Program-made: the position numbers and the translations under genes | Source: Acanthaster planci | Taxonomy: Eukaryota | Length of the DNA stretch: 64,000 nt | Direction: 5' to 3' | NCBI RefSeq assembly: GCF_001949145.1 | Contig: NW_019091360.1 | Span: forward strand, 1,361,599-1,425,598 | The notes under the pieces: generated by a model | Databases searched by the model: none | Told to the model about the DNA's origin: nothing | Seen by the model: the letters and a program-made list of their open reading frames with translations, nothing else | In this document: positions 14,200 to 26,883 of the stretch, piece after piece | Layout: every line of letters begins with the position of its first letter | Position numbering within the stretch: position 1 is the first letter of the stretch

Positions 14200-14571
14200 A
14201 GTCAGAGGAGTTGACCCCTATCTGATGACAATCCTTGGTGTGCCATTGTACACGCACTGTAAGGCTGCATAATGTGGCTATAGTGTGGTAACCTGCTTAC
14301 CTCGTTTGTTGGAGTGAAAGGCACGCGATGGCCGAGTATCAACCATGAGCTGAAGCACCCCCTCATCAGTTGACTGCAAGGGGATAGTTGGTCTTGAACC
14401 AGCAAAGTGCAGTCCCCCACCAAAGGAGCCCCTGATGCTAGACAGATTGCACCCTCTCTTGATCATGCTCTGGGCTCATTGTTGAAGGCAGCATCAACAA
14501 TGGTCACTACGCTGTATGCTTAGCAGTGGGTAGACCATCCATGGAAGCAGCCATGCTAATGGATGGGCAAC
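14200..14571 (-). mobile_element. Decayed RTE-clade LINE, APE endonuclease region
   Basis: VTIVDAA..STM and LVGDCT resemble ATIxSAYAPTM and LGDFNA; a DNA homolog (GGCTCCTTTGGTGGGrACTGCACTTTG) is at ~30330 on the plus strand. Confidence 0.5.
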
Positions 14572-16651
14572 CTGCAAAATATAAAAGAAGTCCGATTCAC
14601 AACAAAACTATAAATCCAAGTCTCAGAACGAGCATCTCACTTGCCAAATTCTTTGCTTGACAACCAAAGGTTAGGTTTTACAAGCGTATTGTTTGTTCAA
14701 GAAAACAAACTGATTAAATATGTGACTGTATTACAATTTGAAACCATCACAAATTCTCCAACAAATCAGGCCACCATAACAACTGGCATTTATGTAAAAA
14801 TTTCGGCATCACTCCAACACTGCAGAATCTAGTGCACACGTACACGAACATGTACAGCACACAGAAGAATAGAATACACATACATGGCTTTGGTCCAAAC
14901 TTTGTACATGTAGAGTTTTTGAGGCAAACCATGGTACATGTACGTGTAAAAATAAGTACTTTTAACAGACACAAAATAGCCTCACTTTATGATAAAGGTG
15001 TTAGATGACTTGTTATTTACTCTGTTTTCCGGTCTTCTGCTTAAAGATGCCCTCCGAAGAGAGAACATGTTGAATCGCAATTTCATTTTCTTGGCAGACA
15101 AATTCTTTAATTGACGTCTGAAACAATCCTTAAAAATGTCTGCTTTCTTAGGTCTAATTACCCAAGCATTATGGCCACCTGATTAGGACTGAAATATTTT
15201 AGTGATAAGTAGTGTTAGAAATTTTAAATATCCTTGAAAATTTCTTGAAGTTGTTGAAATGCAACAAATTTGAGACAATCATGCCAATGTCATTATTTGC
15301 CACTACATGTACATGTTCCCCATGATGAAAGCATGATTGGTACAAACCCATAATAATGGAAATTGGGGACACACTTTATGCACGAAAGCAGTTTTTCAGT
15401 GCAGAGGTAAGAGGTCCATGTCCTGATTTCACCCCCTCCCCGGGACACTTTCACAGGTAAAAAGTCTTTTGACACTTTTGGCCAACGAGGCTGGGAACCC
15501 AGCAACGGATATCCATGGGCATAGTACAATATATGCATAGTACAGTACCGATAGGTATGGACAGTCATGGAAAATTTACAAAAATACAGAAAAAAAATTA
15601 CATTAAAAATTACTCAGACGTACCCAAAGTTGTGACTTTCATTCTGTTGTTTTTATGAAACTAATCTGAATTAAGGCCGTATGTTATTGATGAATGCGTG
15701 AAACTGGGTGAATACTGCTAATTGCTACTACACGTAGTAGGCCTTCCTTACTGAATTATCGGCAACGCAAAATGAGACACTTATGATGCAGTGAGAATAT
15801 AGTTACAGCGATAATGTACAAACCGTGTAGCAGAGCCCCGTAACGAGGCATACTTTAAATACTGGCATTATGACTTCATAATACCTACTGTTGAACCTTT
15901 GTGAACAATTTCGTTCGAAATTCACAACCGGCGGTGTCTGAAAGTTGGGCAAGAATTCAGCTGAGTGTTCCCAAACATGGCAAACTTGAAAAAGAATCTC
16001 AGAAAATCCAAGAAACATTTAAAAATTCTAAAATATCTCCACTTACATTTACACACCTAACCACAAGTCTGTCACAAAATGATTGTAATATTTTTGGCAC
16101 ATTTTTAATAAAAAAGTTCATTTTGCACTTATGAACAAATTGGAAAATTACGCCAAAATGGAATTTCATCGGAACTTTGAAGTGAGTAAAACTGAGACTT
16201 TAGAATCAGAAATTGGGAGTTTTAATGAAATTTCACTTTACACGTATTTGCGGTAAAAAAAATTTCCCCTTCAAATCGGAAATGCTCTTGTCGTTGACCT
16301 CAAAGATGTCATCTTGTTCAAATAGTAATTTAAACTGTATGTTAATGTCCTGGAGACGATGTCACAGTGCGCTGACCCAGCAGACCACTCACGAACACGT
16401 GCCCATGCCAAAGAACGTGTGATGGAAATGTGCCAACTAGTCTATAGGTCCTGGTCGATTACACTACATTTTGTTTCCCATCAGCTGATGATGGAGGCAC
16501 TTTTTAACTGTTCCCTGCAAACGACATTAATGTACTCCCTCTGGACTGAAACCATTTGCGAGCAAAGCTCCCTTTCTTTTATTCCACACTCGAGGCAAAG
16601 CTTAAGCCCAATCAAAACCCGTCCTTTTGTCACGTGTGAGTTTCGGCTGTT

Positions 16652-17016
16652 CGGGGAGTCGGGTTGGCATGGTAGTTCTTTCCTCGACTTCCACCTCTGT
16701 GGTCTTGGGTTCGATTCCCGGCCCGGTCCACATGTGGATTGGGTTTTCAGTCCTTACCTGAATCCGTGGGTTTTACCCAGACTGTTCCTCTGGGGTTTCC
16801 TCCAACCCCTAAAACTGTAACTGCTTCTTATTGTCTCCTTTTTACTGATGTTGGTGAATGTGGGACATTTGGCGGCTGCCAGAGGCACCCTTGTATGCCA
16901 TCGGCTCAACCAAGTTTAAATGTATTTATTGTTCCACGCCTAATGTCTTCATTGTAGAGCGCATTTGAACATTTATTAAATTTGCACTATATAAATGAAT
17001 AAATTATTATTAATTA
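16652..17016 (+). mobile_element. tRNA-derived SINE with L2-type 3' tail
   Basis: GGGGAGTC start, GGTTCGATTCCC B-box, CATGTGGATTGGGTTTTCAGTC core, AGCGCATTTG...CACTATATAAAT...ATTATTATT tail. Confidence 0.8.
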
Positions 17017-17141
17017 TTTGATGCATCTTACTCCCCTAAACTCTTGTCCAATGAGAGAATTAATAATAAAGATTTTTTTCCAGCAACCATTCAGCGACAT
17101 CATTTGAGAATGTCACCCAGTAGTCTAAAAATCAACGCCCT

Positions 17142-18451
17142 GCATACACCCAGAACTGTGGGGTCCAACATCCTCTGTGCTCCCACGAACCCCACAGAAA
17201 AAGGAGCTTTTTTGCCACAGGCTTTTTGCCATGATGTTTAACACTAACAGGGCATGAACAGGGATTTTATTCTGGTTGTGTTGCCATAGAAATGCTGCTC
17301 CATTGCCCCCAAGAGTTCTGTGTAAGATAGCTTATATACCTTCATACCAACTATCAAGAAAAGAAAACGGCCAAAAACCATGCCATTTTCCTAAACAAGG
17401 TGCAAATATTTCCCCCTCAGCGTCCGAGAATCATGCGGTTCACATGTGTACTTGCGAAGATGAGCCGTGACCAAACAGTAGACTACGGCTGCGATCGATA
17501 TGTATGGAAATTGGCTGCAGCCGCTTTCCGTACGTGTCTGTGTAATTTTTAGCCGCGCAGTTGAAATGGCGGTAGGCTGCGGCGCGCTGGGGGTTACACT
17601 GACCAATCACATGGCTCCTCATTATTTATGCCCGAATGGCAGGAATGACAAGCAACAGCCATTGGGTGCCAGTGCGAGTGAGTATGCTGTAGCACCGTTA
17701 ACTCTTTCTGTTAAGGCTGCACCTGGATGCAGGCAAAGACCGCTGCCTGTTTGCATCCACATACAGCCTCAACAGAAATTCTTCACGTTGCAACAGTGCG
17801 TAGTCAACCATTTGGTTGCGGCTTGTCTTTGCACTGATCGGGAAATATTTGCACCTTTCTTTGGAAAAGTGACAAGCAACATGGCCATTGATGGTGGTAT
17901 CCATGTGCATTATTCGAAAGTTAATGTTTGGATAACCAGAACGAATTTTTTTCTAAACAGGAACATTTATTTCCGTCAGTCTGTGTTTTGGAAAATAATC
18001 AATGTTAATTTTGTAAAACTTCCTATTGTCTCTGGCTTTGTACGCCATTGCTCTACTTTTTGCAGATGCGGACAAAGATCGTTGCCTGTCTGCATCCAAG
18101 TATGGCCTCTATAGAAACTGTTAACGTTGCAACAGTGCATAGTCAACCATTTGGTTGCGGCTTGTCTTCACACTGATCAGGAAATATTTGCACCTTTTTT
18201 TGGAAAACGGCATGGTTTAGGCCCACATTTTTCTTGGTACTCAGTATGAAGTTATGTACAGTAAGTTACAGGTATCTTACATAGAACTCTTGGGGGAAAT
18301 GGAGCAGCATTACTATCGGAACACAACCAGAATAAAACCCCTGTTTGTGCCCTGTTAAACGTCAAGTACAGTCTATGGCAAAAAAGGCTTGTTTTCTGCG
18401 AGGTTCATGGGAGCGGGGCAGATGTTGGACCCCACAGTTCTAGGGGTATGC
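17142..18451. mobile_element. Non-autonomous TIR element with ~270-bp inverted arms
   Basis: 17142-17414 is the diverged reverse complement of 18180-18451 (GAACTGTGGGGTCCAACATC; TTTTATTCTGGTTGTGTT); possible 3-bp TSD CCT. Confidence 0.8.
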
Positions 18452-19131
18452 CCTACCCTCTTTCACCACAGTCTTTCTTATATCAAAGAGAATATTTTTT
18501 CCCCCTCTCTTTCCCCTTAATCGTCTTCTCCTTTCTCGAAATTTGTACGTAATTTATCTCCCCCAATTTTTCCCCCCTCTGTTCAGACCTTGCCATGCCT
18601 CCAAGGCTCTCCCCTTGCTATTTCGTTTGTGTCCTAGGTCGAAAGTTGTCTTCATATAGCTTGTTTTTATATTTTTGTTGATGTCAATAAAGTTATTTTA
18701 AACCCAACAACCTACATGTAGCTAGGTGAGTTGTTTCATAAAATTTGACCTTGTTTCCCTTTTAAAGGAACATGGGCGCTAATGTCAACGAACGTCGCGA
18801 AATGGGGATGAGGCGAAGTGGGGATGCGGCAACGGGGTTAGGGACGAAGTGACCACACCTAGGCTAATGACCTATGACAGTTACACACAACTCTGGCTGA
18901 GTTCGGGGGGCTTGTTCTCATTCATTGACAAACAGCTTGATTTACTGTTCTTGGGTCAGCCGCTCGAACATCGGGAATGTACAACCGGTTATCACTGTAC
19001 TAAGTGACAAGCAACACGGCGATCCATGTACATGTATGTTATTTGAAAGATAATGTTTGGACAACTGGGCTGAACTTTTTCCTAAACAGGAACATTCATT
19101 TCTGTCAGTCTGTGTTATGGAAAATAATTAA

Positions 19132-19269
19132 CCCTCCTAAGCAAAGATATGTTTTTGACAGTTTTCATATCAGTCAAAATCAGTCAAATTTTCCATATGT
19201 GTCTGTGTACTGGGACAAATCAAGTGGAAGGACTTTTTGACTGTTGTTATGGTTAGAGCAGCAGGAGGG
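19132..19269. mobile_element. piggyBac-like MITE with TTAA TSD
   Basis: TTAA-CCCTCCT...AGGAGGG-TTAA; the paralogous empty site (AAAATAATTAATGTTAATTTTG) is at ~20216-20237. Confidence 0.88.
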
Positions 19270-19314
19270 TTAATATTAATTTTGTAAAACTTTCTACTGT
19301 CTCTAGCTTTGTTA

Positions 19315-19858
19315 GCCCCACTAGTGTGGCATGGACTCTCACTCCCGCTCCATCCTTAGCCACACATCCGTATACGCAATTTGCATGTCGGCGTAGTGAA
19401 AAAGTTCAGCGCACCCTCTTATAATTGTAGCCGCAATTTTTATTGCACACAGAAATGAGAATTAGTTTCTCCGCTTTCTTAGCGTCATTTATTGAATGAT
19501 TTCAATCACGTTGTTCTGGTATTTTGGCCTTCACCCATTCAATCTCACAGGCTCGCTCTTACAGTCGCCATCTTTAAAATAAGGTCGTTGAGCATTACGT
19601 CACTTGACCCCTCATCATCTCGACAGCTGTTCCATGTCAAGACATCTAAACTGCTGCTAAAGTTTTGGAAGAGCCCATTGGTACATGTAGTATCTTATCG
19701 CTCAGTCCGTGTATTACATATGTCTTGAGAAATTGCACCCACAATGATAAAAGGGTGCGTCAAAAATGTTCAGTATGCCGACACGAAATTGCGTATACGG
19801 ATGTGTGGCTAAGGACCGGATGGATCGGGAGTGAGAGTCCATGCCACACTAGTAGGGC
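19315..19858. mobile_element. MITE with ~125-bp TIRs and TA TSD
   Basis: TA-GCCCCACTAGTGTGGCATGGACTCTCACTCCCG...CGGGAGTGAGAGTCCATGCCACACTAGTAGGGC-TA; empty site GCTTTGTAAGCCATC at ~22324. Confidence 0.88.
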
Positions 19859-21138
19859 TAGCCATCGCTCTACTTTTTGCAGCTGTTCGAAAAACAAAAT
19901 CTCACGAGTTTTCCGTGTGTTCCTGTAAAAGTTCAAACCCTGACAAGGAGGTGGTGTGTGATCCTATTCCGATAACAGTGCTCTTGGCCGAGTTCGGGCG
20001 ACTTGTTCTCGTACATGTATGTTCACGAACAGCTTCATTTGTCGTTCTCGGGTCGGCTGCTTGAATACAGGGAACGTACAATTGGTCATCGCTGGTAGTT
20101 TGTAACAAGCAACATGGCGGTGTCCATATCGTAGTAAACTATTCGAGAGTTAATGCTCGGACAACTGGGCCGAATTCTTTTCTATTTAAACAGGAAAATT
20201 CACTTCTGTGTTGTGAAAATAATTAATGTTAATTTTGCAAAACTGTCTATTGTCTCCAACTTTGTAAACCATCTTTCTAGTTTTTGCAGCTGTTCAAAAA
20301 TCAAAATCTCACGATTTTTTCTGTGTGTTCCTGTAAAACCCTGACGAGGAGGTGGTGTGTGATCCTGTTCCGAGAACAGTGTTCTTGAGTCGTGTTCCCG
20401 CCGTTCGAGCAAGGGAACAAGAAACCCGTGTCATGTCAAGAACTGGCCTCCCAAACTCTACCTCTGTCTATGACCAATAATTAGACAGTAACCCCTTTAA
20501 AATATACTTTATTCAAATTAAAGAGTAAACATTTCTTTAGTGATAAAAAACATACCTTTTTAAGCTCATATTTCCATGTCTTCTTGTTAAATTGTGACCT
20601 ACACGTGCTATCGTCTGCGAACGTCCAGTTTTTCCTTTTCAAAATGGCGCCCCAAGGGCCCAACGCTATGATTAGCGCCCTCTATTGACCTAATTTATAG
20701 CGCCCTCTAGGTTGCACTACGCCAAATACATGCCCTGAAAAACAGTGAAAAATCAGATAGAAATAGCGCCGCCTAGTGACTCTCCGGAAGAGGTTGACCT
20801 CCGTCGTGTTTTCCACTGGAAATTGAAAATTATGACCAGAAGTTCACTTTCCGTTTCAGTTTTATAGGGGTTAGCCACGTGATTTCTTTTATTCGCCTTT
20901 CCCCGAAGATACCCCCAAAATAGTAATAAAACTATGCGCTAAGGTTTGAATATACTTCTATCCAAAATAGACCCACAAGTTGGGGCTTTTTACCCCGAAC
21001 TGGAAACTGCCATTCCAAAATTAGGGATTTATAGAAATATTTCTATGATCCCTCCTGATTATGGCATGTCTTATTGTAAAAACCCTCAGTGTCACATAAT
21101 AATTACGAATGAGCTCGCGTGCAGAAATCAAGCAATTA

Positions 21139-21440
21139 GGTGGAATTCACCCACAGACATAATTGCATAGACCGCCGGTCTTGTGCGTAAAACCGTGATT
21201 TTGAAAAGTATGGGCAAACAGCCACAGTAGACATCAGTGATGGCAGCGCGTCCAGTGCGCATTACGCGCAACGCATTTACATTGCCTGTATCTGTTTACC
21301 ACTGACGTCATATAAAAAAATCTTATGACGTCCGTGCTGTTTACATGAATATATGCTTCCAAAGATTCGCAGATCACGAAAACCCCCGTAGTTTTGAATA
21401 GGGCCTAGCGGTCTATGCGTTTATGTCTGTGAATGCACCC
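21139..21440. mobile_element. MITE (possibly PIF/Harbinger-like)
   Basis: CACAGACATAATTGCATAGACCGC is inverted as GCGGTCTATGCGTTTATGTCTGTG; termini GGTG.ATTCAC / GTGAATGCACC. Confidence 0.7.
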
Positions 21441-23693
21441 TCTCGAGGCAATGAAAACAGCACCCTCTGTTGAGAAAAAAAGAACTCCAAGGCAAATCCA
21501 CAGAAGTATATATATATTTTTAAAAAGTTATACGTAGCTTTACGCTTCTTGAAATACAAAAACTGGCTTATTTAACAGAAATGAGAGGCAAAGAACTATA
21601 CAGCGCCCTCTACTGAATGTCCAACAGCGTCCTCTCTTGAAAAAAGTGAGGATATAGCGCCCTCTATTTATTGTCCAAACAATACTGTTTACTTAAAGAA
21701 AAAAAATCAATTAAAGTGAGAAGTAAATGAAATACATTGCAAGTTGAAGTTGGATTTAATTAAATTGTACACCAAGTCACTTGAAACGGCAATTTGTACT
21801 TGCAACAGTTTATTGTCTTTTTCTTCTGATATCCTTTGGAAACCAAACAGTGCAAAACCCTACCCTCCGATGTAAAAGAAAAGAACAAAATACAAAACAG
21901 AACAAAAACGAAAAGGGCACCACAAAACGCAAACTAACTCTCCAACTAGTAAATTCCACATACATGTATTCCTCAGTCATTCAAAATGATACAAATGACC
22001 AAGTTGACAGACACATTCACAGCCTGGTAAGTTGGCCAACAACAGAGCAAGCTCAACTGAGGCACATCACCTTGAATTGCAGTTCAAAGGAAGCAATTTC
22101 TCCCAAACTGATTTTTCCTCAAGGAACAAAAACGACCACTTTCTTTGCCATCACAAATTGGAGAGTTAAAAGGACTTTTATGAGGAAGACTTAGAACTGG
22201 ACGAACACTAAACGCTTTGATAGATTAAGAAACTATTGCTCAAAAATCCTGCAGTGACTCTCGAAATCCACCCAAAGCAGAGGGCTGTCGATGTTTATTT
22301 TGCAAAACTTCCCATTGTCTCTAGCTTTGTAAGCCATCTCTCTACTTTTTGCAGTTATCAAAAACTCAAAATCTCACAAGTTTTTCCATGTGTTCCTGTA
22401 AAACCATGACGAGGAGGTGGTGTGTGATCCTGTTCTCAGTTCAGTGTTCTTGAGTCGTGTTCCCACTGTTCGAGCATGAGAACAAGAAACCCGTGTCAAG
22501 AACAGGCCACCCGAACTCGACCGTTGTGACCCAACTGGGATGGAATAATTTACAGAATGGGGGTGGGGAGGGACAGTTGTGACAATGTTTCCTGTCCAAT
22601 GAGCACATTTGCTACATCCTGGCTGAAATAAATGCACAAAGTTAACGAACAGTAAGAAATGAATCATTCATTTCAAATACTTTGGTATTTGTTTATCATT
22701 ATTGCAAATCCACTTAATTTGCATAATTTATGCACAGCCACACCCTTTAGGTTTAACAGGTGCTGGTCTAAATAGCATAACATCCATGCAAAAATAACAA
22801 TGGCATTGCAGTCCATACCGTGTTCTTAACCTTTGAAAATAACTTTACACCTTTACACCTTCTTTTGAAATAATAAAAAGACAAAGCATTGACATGATGA
22901 ATGCATAAAAAGGAAGTACCACTGGACACACATTAGGCACAAGTATTTAAAATATAAAACACATTGATTAATGACATTGTTCTTTCATTATCTTTAAGCA
23001 TGCACGATTTTACTAGAATTCACTTCAATTAACCCCCAGAAGACAATAGGAGGGTTAGCTTCCCAAATTGTTGACTGCTTATCTGCATTTTGAATCCAGT
23101 TTATTCATTTCCAATTACTCACCAACTTAATAATATTTCATCCAAATACATCTACAACATTAACTATCCAAAAGTGTGTCTGAACTGCACATTTTGAGTT
23201 TACCCTCAACATTGTCAGTTTTTGCAGCAAAGTAGCGTCCCATGACCACAGACACTAATTAAGGAACACTGCAACTTTAGGCCTCGATTTCTCAGCAGAA
23301 GATTTAAATCCAACCACTTTTCTGTCTTGTTTAAATTTGTTTATTTTCAACCTTGTTACCTCATGGCCATTTAGAACCAAGTGTCCTTTCCATATTTTTA
23401 TATCAAGCAAGTTAGCTAGTTTCTGAAATGGTTCACTGGAGGATTTAGCTTGCTCCAGCACCACCCCCCAAAAAAAAATTGTGTGAAGCTTGACAAATGC
23501 TTGAGACAATCTGTTACAAAAAGTATTTGAAATGCTTTTGAGTTTGAGAAGTATTCAGATATGTGACGCCAATGACATTTTATTTCAGGAGAAAAACCCT
23601 AAAACTTCACTTGGTACTGATATATTACACTGAATGTTTCTTTAATTTGGAAATTAATTAATAGAATGACTCCAATCCTAATCATTAGGTTTT

Positions 23694-23823
23694 CGAAAGA
23701 CAACCAAACCAAAAATAAAAGGCACTACACTGAACAGTATTGAATTTAAGGACAACCAAAACGAAAGACAACCAAACCAAAAATAAAAGGCACTACACTG
23801 AACAGTATTGAATTTAAGGACAA
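23694..23823. repeat. 68-bp-period tandem duplication
   Basis: CGAAAGACAACCAAACC...GAATTTAAGGACAA starts at both 23694 and 23762. Confidence 0.9.
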
Positions 23824-25113
23824 AGGTTGAACAATGAAAACAATTTGTCAAGTTATGTGAAATTATAAGGTAATAGAACATCAGTTATGCAAAATGAGAA
23901 AATGTGACTCATTCCAAAATTTTAGTCGTTTCATACCATAATTGTAAAACACGTTTCAGATATGGGCATTCAACGAAAGGCACTCCTGGACGAAAAGATC
24001 TCCCTTCTGGAAGTCTAGCATTCAAGAAAAAGTTTCTACAAGACCATGCATTGTATCACTGAAGCCATATGCATTGGTGTAAAGGGAACATCCCCACTGA
24101 ACCGTGCACAGAGACTTGAGCCATGAGGTTCTGTATGACACCATTTTGTTTCCAAAATGACTGGCCACTGTGCGTGGGGTGCCACTTTGTCAATCATAAA
24201 ATGGGACTGAGTTTTGGGGACAAAAATTTGTCCCTGTTGAGTGTGATCGGACAATCTGCCAAATCTGTCGATTTTATTACATGATTTGCTGACGACTCCA
24301 CCATCGGTCAATTGCCTTTTCTTTGTAATTTATAGTTATAAAAGATTGCTTGAAACAGTGGTGTATACAGGTCTTGGGCTGAGGGGTGGAAAAATATTAG
24401 TTATAGAGGTTTGTGGTAGCACTGTGCAAGGATATCTCTTTCTGAATATGTGTGGTTCTGAAAAGAACCGGGGGGGTATGCAACGTTTTGGACAGTATGC
24501 TCTGTCTGTCGTCTCCTGGGGGACCCCCTATGGATATGCCACTGTTTTGAAAAAGGAGAGTAAAGTCAGATACTTTCATACAGGATCGACTGAGAGTGTA
24601 AGGTAATTACCCGATCATGCTGATTAACTTATCGTGCCCAACATCCTGACGTTTTTGTCTTTATGGGTTCTGTTGTTTCAGCACTACAGTGGGTAGTCCC
24701 TACAACTATGGAACAAGTGTGTGTGCGATTTCTTAGCAGACTTCAGAATCAAAATGGCTTCTAGTATGAAGATGTTGTCACTCTCTCTAAAGGCCTGTTT
24801 GTTTCGCCTGGATCTCAATCACAACATGGTTCACTTGCACCAGACCACACCTGATGCATGAAGCAAATCAGCATCAGATCACTGATAGGGATCTGCATCC
24901 ATGTGAAACAAACAGACCCTACAGAGGCTTTGCACGACAACCACCTTGAATGGCAGTTCCTTTGTTCCACAGCGACACCTCCTCATGCACAACTTGTGGA
25001 ACAAAGAATGAAAGAACTCCCCCCACAAGATGGCCACAACGCAAAGCCTCCATATATGGCTCGGATCCTTAAGCATGTCGAGTGCCACCAACAGTTCAAA
25101 TATAAGGCTGGTG

Positions 25114-25295
25114 CTACTCCTTTTTCAGACGGATCTTGATATCCAGCGGGTATCTGTCGTAGTCCTCCAGCCCGATGCGGAACAGCTGTGCATGCTGGTA
25201 GGAGCAGTCACCCTGCCCTCCTGACAGATTGGCAGCTAGTGTGAACTCCTGGTGACCGGTGATGTTGGTACCCCGCAGCACCGACTCAACTAATC
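25114..25295 (-). CDS. NGLY1: NGLY1 coding exon 12 (terminal, PAW domain)
   Basis: GACAG acceptor; ...LAANLSGGQGDCSYQHAQLFR...PLDIKIRLKKE then TAG; 182 nt. Confidence 0.93.
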
Positions 25296-25398
25296 CTGTC
25301 AAAACGATGATTGGACAATACTTCTTTCAAATGAGTGCCTTCTATCGCTGTACATTCCTCAGGGAACAACTACACACCCAGTGTTGTAGTTGAGACCA

Positions 25399-25441
25399 TC
25401 ACAAGACCAGTCACAAGACCAGTCACAAGACCAGTCACAAG
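25399..25441. repeat. 12-bp tandem repeat
   Basis: TCACAAGACCAG, about 3.5 copies, in the last NGLY1 intron. Confidence 0.9.
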
Positions 25442-26696
25442 TAACAGGATGAACAGCAACAAAGGAATCCTCTTGTTGCCATTGGTTCGTTGGAATAGCT
25501 TGTGACTTGAAGGTCTTGTGTTGGTCTTTGTGTAGACCCGTGAACATGGTGGAGGTAAACACTACCTTGTTTAGATTTCATTTCAAAAATTTTGAAATGC
25601 TGGCTAAACTGGCAAAAGAGTTTCGATTAAGCGGTGAATTTAATAAGCACCTACATGTTAAGTACTGAGATAAGAGCTTATCCAGGGTTTCAGTTGTGTA
25701 GGATATGTTACTCAAAAGAGATTTGGGGGTGGGTAGAAAATAGAGCCCATACACCTACACATATATACAAATCTTTGGCCAGTGCCAGAATTTGCCAATA
25801 TTTGGAAAGTTTAGCCATGATGTCAAAGCGTGGCAAGCTTCCCATCACCACATTCACGGGTCTAAGTCTTCTGATGGCCTTAAGAGGTGACAAATTCAAC
25901 CACGACTAGATTGCAAGCATTTTGTGGAGTTTAACCCCAATGATCCCAAATCAGCCAAACTCCAACACCAGGATTAGTACTGCACTGGTATACAGGCAGG
26001 GTAGTACAAGTGTGTGGGAATTGGCATTCCACAAACAGAGTCCAACTGTTTATGTGCACAGTTTACAATATGACGCAAGATATGGGATGGAGAGAACTCC
26101 CCCCCCCCTTTGTGTTGGTCATTGCTTAATCGGAATCTCAGGAATTCTTTCCAGACTTCTGGGGGGGGGATGTGTTAGGTAACAACAGTCCAGAGTGTGT
26201 ATAGGGATTGGACATGTGGGGGGGTACCCATCGGCCCCATATCGAGCACTGTATCCAATATGGTGTTGAGATTTACAAGGATGTGGAAGGCTGCTAGTAA
26301 ATCACCCCAGGAAGTAAAAGTTTTCATGGTTTTAGAAATTTAGAAAACTAATTTTAAAAAAGCACACAGCAAGCAAAGCTTTTCCACGGCTCTCCTTTTA
26401 AAACATTTCCAATCGACTGACTGACAAAGCGCTCTATAGCCACATCCGTTTGTTGATGATGAATAAAGAAAATCGTCTTGATAATTTGAATATTTAACAT
26501 GTTAAATACCATCACCTGTGCCTCAGCCTTACGGGAATAAGAACAGGTTAACATGTTTAACGATATCCAGAAGCATTCTGCTCGACCAACTTGGACAAGT
26601 AACTCCAAAAATCAGGCAGATCACCAGTGAATATGTACATGTAGCTAGCAAGGCTTAACACACACTAGCCACATGTACCCATTAAACATTTCTCAC

Positions 26697-26883
26697 CTTC
26701 TCTGACGGGCAGCAAGGTGTTTCTCTGATTTTGGGGACCGCAACTCCACTGGACCCGGCCGTTCTGGAAGACTTTGGCCGTCGCGACGAGGGTCACTTGA
26801 TCAACGACCAGGCCGGTGTCTCTGAAGTCAAAGCGCCACTCAATGTGTCCATCCCGGTCACCTCTATCTCTGGCCAGATACAC
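26697..26883 (-). CDS. NGLY1: NGLY1 coding exon 11 (PAW domain)
   Basis: TTCAG acceptor, G|GTGAGA donor; VYLARDRGDRDGHIEWRFDF...FQNGRVQW; 187 nt. Confidence 0.93.

Noticed and set aside
14200..14571. Domesticated, intron-containing RTE protein gene
   Set aside because: Stops and frameshifts disrupt the RTE-like frame, and LINE similarity continues through the apparent donor site.
17500..18114. 204-aa plus-strand ORF
   Set aside because: Lies inside a TIR element, is built from duplicated non-coding modules and has no recognisable domain.
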